64,000 nt of DNA, taken from positions 3,906,001 to 3,970,000 of the forward strand of contig CDRNST010000123.1 in assembly GCA_977016875.1 (NCBI GenBank), given 5' to 3'. Below the pieces are notes generated by a model that did no database searches, was not told the origin of the DNA, and saw only the letters and a list, made by a program, of their open reading frames with translations. Shown piece after piece: positions 23,501 through 34,895 of the stretch. The translations under genes and the position numbers were made by a program. This stretch comes from Pavona decussata. Taxonomy: Eukaryota. The stretch's first letter is position 1. The number at the start of each line of letters is the position of its first letter.

Positions 23501-26500
23501 GAGGATGAAGATGAAGGCGTTTATGCAGACCACCTAACATCAGAAGAGTGGCAGAACTTGTTTGGCGAGAGCGATGATGAAGAATTCGCCGGCTTTGAGT
23601 GAGCAGGGACTGTGCTTACTCTACAAACGGCTCCTTTAGGAGCCACCAAGTTAACAAAAGTCAATGACCAACAAAGAGTTGTGTTTTTATTTATTCTCTT
23701 TATTTATTTCCTCCCCTGCCCTGTTCTTTCTTTCTTTTTCTGCGATATTGCCTCGCGCGCGCAAACTTCGGAAAGCACGTGGAGCTACCTTAGTTACCAG
23801 TACTCCTCAAATTTGTAGTTTGGTTACCAAGTTTTCCAAGATGGCGGTGTTTTCATCGAGCGATCCTTTGAAGCTCTTCGGCTTTCCTTCGGTCTTCTTA
23901 ATCTCCTTTCAAACTCAACATTGAGATAAAGGTTAGTTAAATGCAAGAAGATTTCATTTTCAATGCTATTTACTTCAAAATATTGTAAATTACTTCTCAA
24001 GTAAGTCAACGTGCTCGTATGTGCGTAAATCCGAAAATCGTGATGATATAAACAAGTGCTAATAAACTTCACAGCACACGATTACATTTTGCTCTGCAGT
24101 TTTATTTATTCACCATGTTTACAGTACATTCTCAGAAATAAGAGATTAACTTTTTGGGAAACTTCTTTTGCTCTGAAATTTTCTTCTTTAGCCAGAAATG
24201 ATGAAAATCCGATTTTTGACCTTGAAAATGGGGGGTTGACTTATACACGAGTTCGACTTATACACGAGTAAATATGGTAAACAAAAGAGCACATCCGCCC
24301 TGTGCTTGCATTTGTCACCCTGTGATTCTGCTCTTGTAACTAGTGGGATCTGGTGTGAGGTATAGTAAGCATAAGCATAAGCACAAGGAAATCAGAAGCA
24401 CAGCACATCTTATGGTAGTCCCCACACTGTCAATCATTATTATTTTATCCATTTTTTGTGCTAATCGTTATACTTTTGTCATAACTATGAGCCAGGCTTA
24501 GGTAAATATGTCACATTGGAAACTGTTCTTCGTTATTTTGTCAAATATTAGTATTCATACTGTTCTGATCAACACTGGGATGTACTATTGTGTGCATGTT
24601 TGGGAAGGTGGACATTACAGTGTTTGGTACACTCTGTGGTTCTCTGTTCCCTTTGGCTACTTACTCTTTGTGCACAGTGATGTTTCTGTTTTAATCAAAA
24701 TAAACTTATCTTTCCTGGTCCTATTTCTTCCCCCTTTATTTACATTTGACTATAAAAAATTGCGATAAAACATTTCGTAAAAACATTATAAAAAGGTTAA
24801 AAAACACGACGTTTCGATGTACATTAATCGCAGGCAATTTAACGACCTAAGTAATAAGATTGGCCCCATATTGCAGCCAGTTTTTGTTAGTAGGAAATTA
24901 GAACATGATCTTAAGCCTAGGGAAGTTAAGCCGTCGATTGTGAATCAACAATGCGTTGTTTACTATTTTTCATGTGATCTGTGCGATGCAGATTATGTCG
25001 GCTATACAGCCAGACACCTTTTTCAACGCGTTGCTGAGCACAAGAACTCGGCAATTGGCAAACATTTTCTTGAAGCTCACGGGAGCAAACACCTATTGAA
25101 TCAGGGCCATTTTAACATCTTGAGAAAGTGTCAGAGCAAATTTGATTGTTTGGTATTTGAAATGCTGTACATCAAGAAACTTAAGCCTTGCTTGAACACT
25201 CAAACGGACTCTATACGTGCGAAACTTTTTGTTTAACCGGTAGCATTCTTCAATGCTACTATTTTAATTAATATCTATTGTCCATTTTTGTATTTATAGC
25301 CGCAATCTTGCATTTTTAATTTCACTTGATAATGATGTAATGTACATCGAAACGTCGTGTTTTTTAACCTTTTTATAATGTTTTTACGAAATGTTTTATC
25401 GCAATTTTTTATAGTCAAATGTTTTTCTAAGTCTTTGTTTATTTACATTACATGTACAAAATAAAACTGATACACTCATTGTCATTTATCTTCAGGTCAT
25501 TAGCGGTGGAAACTATGATGTAGATGTAGTTCTTTTCGATGAGAGTGGTAAAACTCTATACAATGTTCAAAAGAAACAGTACGACAGCTACACATTCACA
25601 GCTCAAACTGAGGGAGTTTACAAGTTCTGCTTTAGCAATGAATTCTCAACGTTTAGTCACAAGGTGGTGTACTTTGACTTCCAAGCCGGCGATGAAACTC
25701 CACTAACCAAAGAAATGGGAACTCACCACACTGCTCTCACACAAATGGAGACAGCTTGTGTTACTATACATGAAGACCTTAAGGTTTGTAAATTTTTTAG
25801 AAGAAAATTATTGCAAAAGATACATTGTTCATAATGTATGTTTACTGCATCTTATGGTACCAATTTTTTTTTGTCTAGATGAATTTTTGACATCTGTTTG
25901 AAATGTTTGTGGTTGTGTGCATTTCAGCTGTCTGAACAAAACTTGAATTTGCAGAATGTTTCTCAAAAAGATTTCAGAGCTGTCTGCTCTGAATCTCAAT
26001 AAGAGCCCTGCGTGTTACACTATAATTATCCTTTATTTTCTTTTGATGGGCATTTGCCTAATTACTGGAGAAAAGTAAAAGATTGAGGAAGCATTTCCTT
26101 ATTGTGCTAACTTTTTGGATTCCATGCTAAAATCTCGTCACCTTCAGAGCAAGTTTAGCCCAAACCAAGTGCTCTAAGTTTGTAGCTGTTGCTAAATAGC
26201 TGTAGTCATTTCCAGTGCAATCAAGAATCAGAGGGTCAAACGTTCACCCCTTGTAAGACTGCTATGTTACTCCTCAGAGACTTTATTGATCATAATTTTT
26301 TTTCTCTGAGTTCTTCATCTGCGGGAAATAAATTTTAGAGGACCCTAATGGGCACCAGCCAGCTGCCCGTGAATGGCAGCTGATTAGACTTTGTCCATGT
26401 AATGTCATCGTTCATTTATTTTTAAATTATTTCCATTTACTACTTGACTGCACATCAGTAAACTCTAAAAAGGTCAGAAGAATTTTAAAATGCATAGTAC

Positions 26501-27343
26501 GTAGATCTGTATAAACTGAACTGTTTATACATTAGTTTTTTGCTCAAAAAATAAATAGAAAGTAATTTTGAAAACCAACAGAGAAAATTAAATTTCAATT
26601 AAAAAACATTGGTAATTAGCAGTAAAGTCAACAACAAAGAATCTGTGTTTATATTTAATGCAAATGACCATGGATTCAGTTGTTAGAGCATTATGTTTTA
26701 TTTTTTGACCAGTATGTGCAAGCTCCTGGGTTTAGCTCCCACTGGGGAATCAGATTATTTTTGTTTTCATTTTAGTTTTTGTTTTTAGTATTTTGTCTTG
26801 GCTATCTTGTTTTGTTTTTTTATTTAATTGTTTTTTGCAGTCCCCTATTAATTTTTGTGGCAGTCTTTTAAGCAGAGCGGGATTTCGTAGCAAATGAGGT
26901 GACCACTTTCCCCTAGCTTTTTGGGTGACAGTGCTCAAAAGAAATATTATCCGATGAATATTATTTCCACAACAGTTCTTTGGAAATCTAATAATATTTA
27001 TTACAGACGCTTTGATGCACAACTTTATAATTTGATTTATATAAGCAAAATGTTGGCCTGGTAACCCCAACGGTTAATTTAAGCTCTGGGTGATCACTTT
27101 AGAGGTCAACTGTAGTTAAAATGGTAGAAAAATAATTGTGATTTTTCTCAATTTATTCAGATTGCAACAGACTATCAAACCCATCATCGTTTACGGGAGT
27201 CACAAGGACGCGATATGGCAGAATATCTGAATGAAAGAGTGCAGTGGTGGTCCATTGGCGAAGCCTGTTTTATTCTTACTGTTGGAATCTGCCAAGTTAT
27301 TATTCTTCGACGATTTTTCGCAGAAAAGAGGTCAACTATTTAA
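20597..27343 (+). CDS. TMED7: Transmembrane emp24 domain protein, p24-gamma subfamily (TMED7/TMED3-like), 209 aa
   Basis: Exons 20597-20755, 25496-25783, 27161-27343 (all phase 0, GT-AG). Signal peptide, then GOLD domain ([48 protein letters not shown]), [15 protein letters not shown] helix, and cytosolic tail [11 protein letters not shown]. Confidence 0.93.
21635..24277 (+). mobile_element. Full-length pogo-superfamily DNA transposon (DD35D, Passer/POGK-like) in TMED intron 1
   Basis: 25-bp TIRs CCGTATTTACTCGTGTATAAGTCGA (one mismatch), TA target duplication at 21633-34 and 24278-79, subterminal repeat of the TIR core, single transposase ORF. Confidence 0.93.
22292..23602 (+). CDS. pogo-type transposase (Brinker-like HTH, CENP-B/Tc5 HTH, DDE_1 domain, acidic tail), 436 aa
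   Basis: Uninterrupted ORF; catalytic motifs GNMDETP, LVWDSF and [12 protein letters not shown] with 35 residues between the 2nd and 3rd Asp; ends [10 protein letters not shown]. Confidence 0.93.
   Translation: MSSKRMKYSAKFKLQVVKFAQESNNCAAGREFCVNEKLVRDWRKQVEKLKCMPKNKCSNRGKPCQWPKLEDKLLCWIEEQRQSGYIVTRNMIIIKEKAMAAELQITGFLASNCWCTNFLRRKNLALRQKTKMAQKFPEDLDQKITSFHSYVINRRKKENYELVHIGNMDETPVSFDMPSARTVNAKGAKTLLVNTTGHEKSRFTVVLACLADGTKLKAMVIFKRKTMPKENFPPGVLVHCHPKGWMDKAGMKLWVEKVWRSRPGGLLRKKSLLVWDSFQAHLVDPVKQAVRQTNTDIAVIPGGLTSILQPLDVSLNKPFKDRLRERWNNWMIEGQKSFTPAGNMRAASLPTVCSWVLDAWRSIPAKMVARSFKKCGISNSMDGTEDEILWEETEDVPTTSVDEEDEDEGVYADHLTSEEWQNLFGESDDEEFAGFE
24742..25422 (+). mobile_element. 5'-truncated Penelope-like retroelement with inverted pseudo-LTR ends
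   Basis: GIY-YIG endonuclease fragment in ORF 24817..25236 ([30 protein letters not shown]...[13 protein letters not shown]). Apparently perfect 85-bp inverted repeat 24742-24826 / 25338-25422. TTTATTTACATT occurs on both flanks. Confidence 0.88.
25323..25359 (+). ncRNA. Minimal type I hammerhead-ribozyme-like motif (variant core) in the Penelope pLTR
   Basis: CAC-TTGATAA-T-GATGTA-ATG-TACATC-GAAAC-GTC-GTG: stem I CAC/GTG, 6-bp stem II, GAAA, palindromic ACGT stem III, GUC cleavage triplet. Confidence 0.6.
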
Positions 27344-28733
27344 GTGTTGAAGAGATGATTGTTATAAAGAACAGAGTTATTCCAATTTGTTATAGCAACC
27401 ACCTGAAGTCCGCCAGATCACAAGCAAGTAACTGTTCTCAAATGCAATGAGGAGGGACTTGTTTTATTTTCGTGCTGAACTACCGGTAGTTGGTCCGAAT
27501 AAAAAACTAGCCTTTTTGAAAAAGCACAAACTGTTTTTACTCCTAAAACTTGTTGTAAATTGTAGTGAATGACCATTGGTTAAATATCAGCAATGTTGGT
27601 ACAAAATACGTTATGCTTTGGAAAGAAGGTTGCTAAACTTTCATTGACAAACAAATTTTTGTTATAAAAGCAAATTATCAAGACCAATTGGTTTTGTCAT
27701 TGTGATAATTAATTCTGCCCTTTATTCTTGTACAGCTTGCAATCAAATTAGAGCAAGTTATTTTATTGTTTCTTGTGACACAGTGATCATTGTAACATTC
27801 TTGGGACATTTTGTTTTTTAAAAGAAAAAATCGTTTGTTCAACCTCAGAAAGATTACATTCTTCTGTTTGGTAATCCAGGGAAGATTTGCATGGTACAAC
27901 TTTTGCTAAAGACACCTGGAAAATGGGGAAACATTGTGAAAGCATTGGTTTTCAGATACCCTTGTTTTTGTGTGTGCACAATGTTGATAGTTGAAGTCAA
28001 ATGTTTTCTGCTTCTGGGAAGCAAATTTTGCATCTGTAATGTGCAGTCAATTACAGCTGTGCCCATCACACACCCTCCCCCCCCCCCCCCCCCCACCTCC
28101 TCGGCAATAATGGGGCATTTTCCCACACTGTCTATCCCGGGGATCAGGCATTAGCCTTCTACCCAATTACCCCAGGGCACGTGACCATCTGACTTTTTTA
28201 ACTTCACAGCATTGTCACTTCTTTTAATAGCCAATTCATCGGCAAATATGGTAAGTTTCTGATTGAATACGTCTAGATAGGACATAAATGGGGGTCAAGC
28301 GGAGGGGGGGGGGGGGGGTGGGGGCATGGGAACAGCTGGAATTGAGTGATGCATAACATTAAAAAAACAATTAAAAAATTTCTTAATTTACCACAACAAT
28401 GTTTTCTTACTGGCAAGGATGTCTGCAACTATCACCAGTAACACCATAGCACATGTAAAGCTGTTCTTATACTTACACTGTTTTGAGTGTTCTGTATGTG
28501 ACTTACATTGAGCGCAAAAGTTTTGTAGGTTTATGTGCATGTTTAACAAAACTTACACATTTTATCAATCACCGTTGGCAAATTAACCGGGGTGAATATG
28601 ATTTTGGGATGTTGCCAGTAAAAAGTTGTATACATTGTACCATGTAAATTGGCCGTAACAGAGAACTACATTGTATTTTGTACCAATGAAAGCTAAATAT
28701 CGAGTTTGCTCATGTTCTGCTAAAAAAGAGAAT

Positions 28734-31700
28734 AAAAAAACATTACCTTTTGCAGTAGTCAATACCCACCTTCTCCTTCTTTTAAAGAGTAAGATTTTTC
28801 CAGAAAGAGAGATTTTTGCGTGTGTCTGTGCAAGAAAATGGTGTGGCACGCTACACCCTGCAGGATCAGCAAGAGATTTGATAAATATACTGGCCGAAAA
28901 TCTTCAGTCTTATCAGTAGCTCAAAGAGTAGGTAAAGGAAATAAATCTGCAGCCTGAAAAATATGAAACAAGTTAGCAACTGTAGAGGAGTTTTGCAATA
29001 ATTTATTATACATGAATGGAAATTAGTCTGAGGTCGGCCTAGTTCTGTTAAAGCTACCAAATCTGAAACTGATTCCCAGATGGTTAATCCAGTTTTTGCC
29101 GATAGTAATAAATGCCTAAATGCGGGACCAGAGTGCGTCCAATTTTCATCCCGTATTTAGCCGTTAATTAACAGCTAAAATGTGAAACAATATTATCTTC
29201 AGAGCCGATTCTTAGCCGTGAAATAACAGCGGAAATTGAGAACAATATTATTTACAGAGCTAACTATAAGCCGTCAATATTAACGGCGAAAATTCATTGA
29301 AAGAGCACTCAACTGACCGAAAATCTTCCTAGTCTAATCACCTGGCTAAAATAATTGTCACGTATAATATAGAGATTTTTAACAACGAAAGTTGTCATCA
29401 GTTGATAACAGAAAGAAAAACAGAAAAGGAAAATTTATTTTTTTGCCTTTTATGAATTTTGAGACCATCGTTCCGTAATGGCGAACCACCGGACACGAAA
29501 CATAAGTTTTATGGTCCTCGGCGTAGCCGCTCGTTTGGGTCGTCACGCAATCTTTCCTCGTGACGAGCCAAAAGAACGTTTTTTGTCTTTTAGTCACCAT
29601 CCGCGTGTGGCTCACGTGTGGATCAACACGTTTATCTGCTTGGTTTCAAGAGAGGGAGAGCTGAGAGAGAACGGGAGAGTGGTTGTAATGTCAAAATCCG
29701 ATAAAGAAATGTAAGAAATGGTTCATTGCCAGAAAAAAGAAAAACGGCGTTAGTTGGCAACGTTGTTATGTTTAAGATCGTGAAGTTACCGTACTGATTT
29801 CAATATATTGTTCATTTGCTCATGATAAAATTAGAAATCAGAATACGGCTTTGACACGAATTACTCCGACTATGTGGGGTGATGGATTGAGAACGAAAAT
29901 GGTTTGATTTGAAAATATAAGCTAAAAATAGTTACATTTATTAAAGAGGGATTTTGACTTTTTTGATGAAAATGGTACCACGATACCTTCCGGTATTAAA
30001 GTAATTCGAGAACACTCACAGAAAGGAATCAACTGAATTCTTGAAAGGACAACTTGTGATCTGCTCTAGAGTGTTTTTTCTTTTTTTCTGGGTGTTTGAA
30101 ATCACCCCTAAATCCCTGTAATACTTGCCAGCACCAGTCCGATCTGCCTGGTTGAAATCATTGTTATTTTGTTGTTTCAATGGGCGGTGTTGTGGTCATT
30201 GACGTTCAGCTTTTGTCCTGCGTAAGGAACCTTAAGTGAGTTTTCTTTTTTTCTTTTTTTATGATTAATTTGCCAATACTAGTTTTTGTTGAGTCGACCA
30301 AAGTCCAGACCATATGTTCAAAGTTTCAGATGTAAGGTTGAATATTACCAAGAGAGGATGAGGTCATCCTCCCGTGATAATATTACTGATCAGCACGGTC
30401 CGAACGTCCATCAGTTGGTCATGCGAAGGCATTCAATAATATGGAGGAAGAAGTTTTACGCCCTCGCGAGGCAGTTATTACTAGAAGAACACAAAGTCTC
30501 AAGCGAAGGGAGAATGCGGTAAGTACGATTATTTTCTGTAATAATTTATGTGGCACTCGCGCGAGAGCCAACGTTATTAACAAGACGCTGTGGGAGCGTA
30601 GAAATGTTCGTCCGGACGGCGTATTTGTATGGAGTTCCATCTCAGCCAAACTTCGAGGTTTATATTTTCATTCTTGTGACTAACTTCTTGTATTTCAGAC
30701 TGCATTTGTAGTGACCTGTAACTGGGTTCTTAGCGACTCTTTAGGAAGAAAATTAAAAAAAAAAACATTACCTTTTGCAGTAGTCAATACCTATCTTCTC
30801 CTTCTCTTAAAGAGTAAGATTTTTCCAGCAGGAGAGATTCGGAATAATTTTTGGTGTGTCTGTGCAAGAAAATGGTGCTGCATGCAGGATTTGATAAATA
30901 TACTGGCCGAAAATTTTCAATTTTATCAGTAGCTCAAGCAGTAGATAAATGGAATAAATCTTCATACTGAATAAGACAAAAGAAAAGAGAGCAACTGCAG
31001 AGACCTTTTACAATGATATACATGAAGGGAAAGTAGTCAGAGATCGGCCAAGTTCTGCTGGGTCCTGTTGAAGCTACCAGACCTGACAACGATTCCCAGA
31101 TAATGTCAGTTACTTCAGTGGGTTGCATGGCAAGTAACGGCTAAAACCTACAGCTGAGTAGCTTTGTAAGTGACAAATCCAGTTTTCGCTGTTAATTAAT
31201 GGATAAATACGAGACCAGGGCAGGGTACGTCCAATTGTTATCCCATATTAAGGCGTTAATCCACAGCTAAAATGTGAAACATTAATATCTTCAGAGCCGG
31301 CTTTTAACCGTGAAATGATAACTTTAAGAAAGAGCACTCAGAATAACTCACTGATAACTAATAAAATTCTACGAAGCTCAAGTCGTCGCCTGGCTAAATT
31401 TTTGTTATATGTATATACATATATAGAGATTTTTATCAACGAAATTTGTCATCGGCTGATAACAGAAAGGAAAACAGCGAGCCACCGGACACGAAAACAA
31501 GAGTTTTTTTAGACCTAGCGAGGCGCAAAGAAAGTATTTGTGTCTTCCGGTCATGAGTGACTCACGAACCAACACGCCGCCGAGCGGTTTATCTGCTTGG
31601 TTTCAAGAAAGCCGAGAGAGAACGTAAGTAGTTATAACATCAAAATCCCGCAAAGAAAATAACGATAAAGAAATATAAGAAATGGTTCATTGCCAAAAAA

Positions 31701-32730
31701 CTTCGTTAGTTGGCAACGTTGTTATGTTAATTTAATGACACAAGACTCCTAAAGTTATTTAAATTGTTCATGGCAAAATTTGAAATCGGAGTGGACTGGG
31801 GACACGCCGAATTCCTCAGAGAGATGTGGTGTGACGGATTGAGAACGAAAATGATTTGATTTCCAACTGACTGCACAATTAAAAATAGTTCGGCTATTAA
31901 AGGGCAAGTATCACGGGGATTTTGGCCTTTTTTGGTGTAACTAGGCATTACGCACTATTGAACAGTCACTTAATAGCGCCGTATAAATTCATTATAATTA
32001 TCATTATTATTGTTATTAACTGGCACCACAATACCTTCACTTAGTAGAACACTGAGAGAAAGGAATCAACTGAATTCTTGAAAGGAACAGCTAGTGANNN
32101 NNNNNNNNNNNNNNNNNNNNNNNNNNNNNNNNNNNNNNNNNNNNNNNNNNNNNNNNNNNNNNNNNNNNNNNNNNNNNNNNNNNNNNNNNNNNNNNNNNNN
32201 NNNNNNNNNNNNNNNNNNNNNNNNNNNNNNNNNNNATCCATTCCGGCCCAGTCCAGTCGAGTTGACAATTTTAGTACACAGGGGTGGTAATTAACAAAAC
32301 TGGAAATGTTGTTATTATTTTGTTGTTTTGGGTGCTGTTGTTAGTGGTGTTGTTTTTATCCTGCGTAAACAACCTGAAGCGAGAGGTTTTTTCTGTTTCT
32401 TTTCTACGATTCATTTGTAAATGTATACCAGTTTTTTGTTAAGTGATATAGTCTAGATCCCGGTCGATGAGAGTCCAGTCCACATGTGTAAATTTTCAGA
32501 TGAAATCTTGAATATTCATGTAGGCAGCATGCACGTTCCGAAAACGGCCACCAGCATATGAAAGCATTAAATAATATGGAGGAACAAGTTTTACGCGCTG
32601 GCGAGGCAGTTATCAACAGAAGAAAACAAAGTCGCAAGCGAAGGGAAAATGCGGTAAATACGATTTCATAATTTTCTCTAATATAAACGTCTGTGGCTAT
32701 AGCACTGGCGCGAGAGAGCCAAAGTTATAA
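28734..32730. repeat. Diverged local tandem duplication of a ~2-kb unit
   Basis: 28734-30575 is collinear with 30760-32730 (shared AAACATTACCTTTTGCAGTAGTCAATAC, CCACCGGACACGAAAC, GTTAGTTGGCAACGTTGTTATG, AATAATATGGAGGAA.AAGTTTTACGC). Confidence 0.85.
32098..32235. other. Assembly gap (138 N)
   Basis: Run of N. Confidence 0.99.
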
Positions 32731-33875
32731 AATTAAATAATTTTTCAGCAATCAACAAACAATTAAATATTCTCCGTCAAGTCCTTAATGCCAGCAATTT
32801 CGTTTCTGAAGCGTGTGTTGCAATACACTAAGTAACGATCGAGTAGTTATTGGTCATCAGAGGAATGTAAGGATTCCAAGGGCCGTTTCAAATCAGGCAT
32901 TTAACATCGCGTGACCGTACTTTAATAACTGTACATCATATCAGCTGTGTTCTGTATACCCAATACATGAAGTACAAGAAATAGATTTTGTCATCAAAAA
33001 TCGTAGTAAACAAGAATTTTAGTCTTGTGGTGATGCATGGAAAAAAACTTCATTCCGTCCCAAAATATGTTATACAGTTCACGAGGTCTTACTTTGGAAC
33101 TGACAATTTTATAGGCGGACCTCGCAATTAGATTAAAGTTCCGGCTGATTTAAGACAAACAGTACTCGAGCCGCTTCTTCATGAGTAATTTCGTCCTCGT
33201 GGGGATTATAGGGCCAACTAATGTTGATTTTAAGGCCAGGATTATCAACAGTCTTGGAAGCAATCGACAAATTTCGACTACGCCTAAAGAAGGGATTTTT
33301 TTTCAGTTTCTAACGATCGTAATAGCGAAGTGCACAGGAGTCACAAATATAGCGCACGAGTCACCGCCGACTTTGACTGAATCTGCCGCGTTTGCTTCTC
33401 AAATTTGCTTATAAACTTTTCTGCAGGCCACGCAGTCAAGCTGTAATCGGGTTTTAAGTGTTGCTGAAAGTTGAAGAGTTTTAAGAGGTGTAAAAAGTGT
33501 TGTAGGTTTGGCCTCATTCCTCAATCAGGATCAAGCCAAATATTCTGTGAGCAGGATGCAAGGGGTAAAATATCCTTCAGGTTGTCGTTAACAATAACTC
33601 CAATTCAGTGCTACACTGTCGCAAATGTTTGGGATCAAGCTTTAAGTTCAAGATAAGCCCTAGAGTCTCCCCCTAAGCTTTCCAGAACAAAACGACAAGG
33701 ATCGACCCTGTTTCTAAAAAAAAAAAGGCAGATAAATTTTATGCACGCTCCAATCTGTGGTTTTACTTTATTAGAATACTAAATGACTTGAATTTAATGT
33801 CAGCTTCATTTAACTAGGCAGAGCTGTAAATGTTAATCCAAGTTAATCAATCCACCAATTCTCCTGGATAAAAGC

Positions 33876-34266
33876 CAGGGGCACCCAACGGATCGTTTCG
33901 GTAAATTATCTGTTCGGAAGGTCCTTAATCCCCTCCAATTTTCTGAGGGGAATTTTCACCTCGAATTTTCGTGATATGGAAAATTTAAGGCCTAGTGTTT
34001 TCGGATTGATAAAAATGTCGTTTTGAGTACCGAAAAAAGGTCAGCTAAGATTTTCGGAAAGGAAATAAGACCTAAGGTTTTCGGGAAATGGACAAAAATG
34101 CCCTATAGTTATTTCGAAAAGACCGAAGTTCCACTAGAATGACCGAACAGATAAAACAGTATTAAAGTGCAGCCTAAAATGAACCTACAGAGCTTTAAAG
34201 GCACTCCAGATAGCCTAAAATAGCGTTTCAAAGGATCTGAGAGAAAACTGTCGTTGGGTGCCCCTG
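33876..34266 (+). mobile_element. ~390-bp MITE, CAGGGGCACCCAA TIR, 6-bp TSD (copy 1)
   Basis: TSD AAAAGC on both sides. Confidence 0.92.
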
Positions 34267-34748
34267 AAAAGCGGCTTTTGATCTTTTCTCTACAAGTCTT
34301 TCATAGACGGCTTGCACAATGTCTACAGAAACCTTAGGAACCGGATTAGACCACGAGCGCGCTGAGTATGGCAAAGACAAAATCTCCCGAGGTTGGCTTC
34401 CCCCTCCCCACAATTGAACCTGTTACTTTCCCGCAATATGGATCCCTTTCTAGACTACGAGTAATAGTTAAAGTAGTGGTAATAGTAAAGTATGGTAAAG
34501 CGAGGGAACCACGCGAGTGCACGCGAAAATTGCCTCCCGAGAGGGAACGCGCGCGTCGCGTCTCCTCGCGTGAGGCAAGAAAACTAAGGCCAGCAAGGAA
34601 ACTAAGGGACATGAGCCCGCCTGCTGTGAACAATGGACCTCAGGCTAGAAAGCTCTCTTTTTGGGTCAGCCGCGAGAGGATTGGGGCCTCTTGTGGCTGA
34701 CCCAAATAGAAACTAATGAATTGAATCTAGAATAAGAACAGTTTAGGT

Positions 34749-34755
34749 TATAAAT
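34749..34755 (+). promoter_or_regulatory. Candidate TATA box of the 290-aa membrane protein gene
   Basis: TATAAAT about 145 bp upstream of the ATG. Confidence 0.4.
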
Positions 34756-34895
34756 GCGCCAAAGAGCCATTCTAAGTATTCCCATTGCAGAAGGGTTCTA
34801 AAAAACGTTCCTAGAGATTAAATTAGATTGTTCTTTTTCGTCGCTAGGCAACAAAGAATTCTGACGACTCCGCTGGAACTAACTGGTTTAAAACC

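Noticed and set aside
32041-32294. ORFs containing runs of X
   Set aside because: They span the assembly gap
34346-34700. Arg-rich ORFs upstream of the membrane protein gene
   Set aside because: Low-complexity CG-rich repeat-like sequence with no splice link to the main ORF
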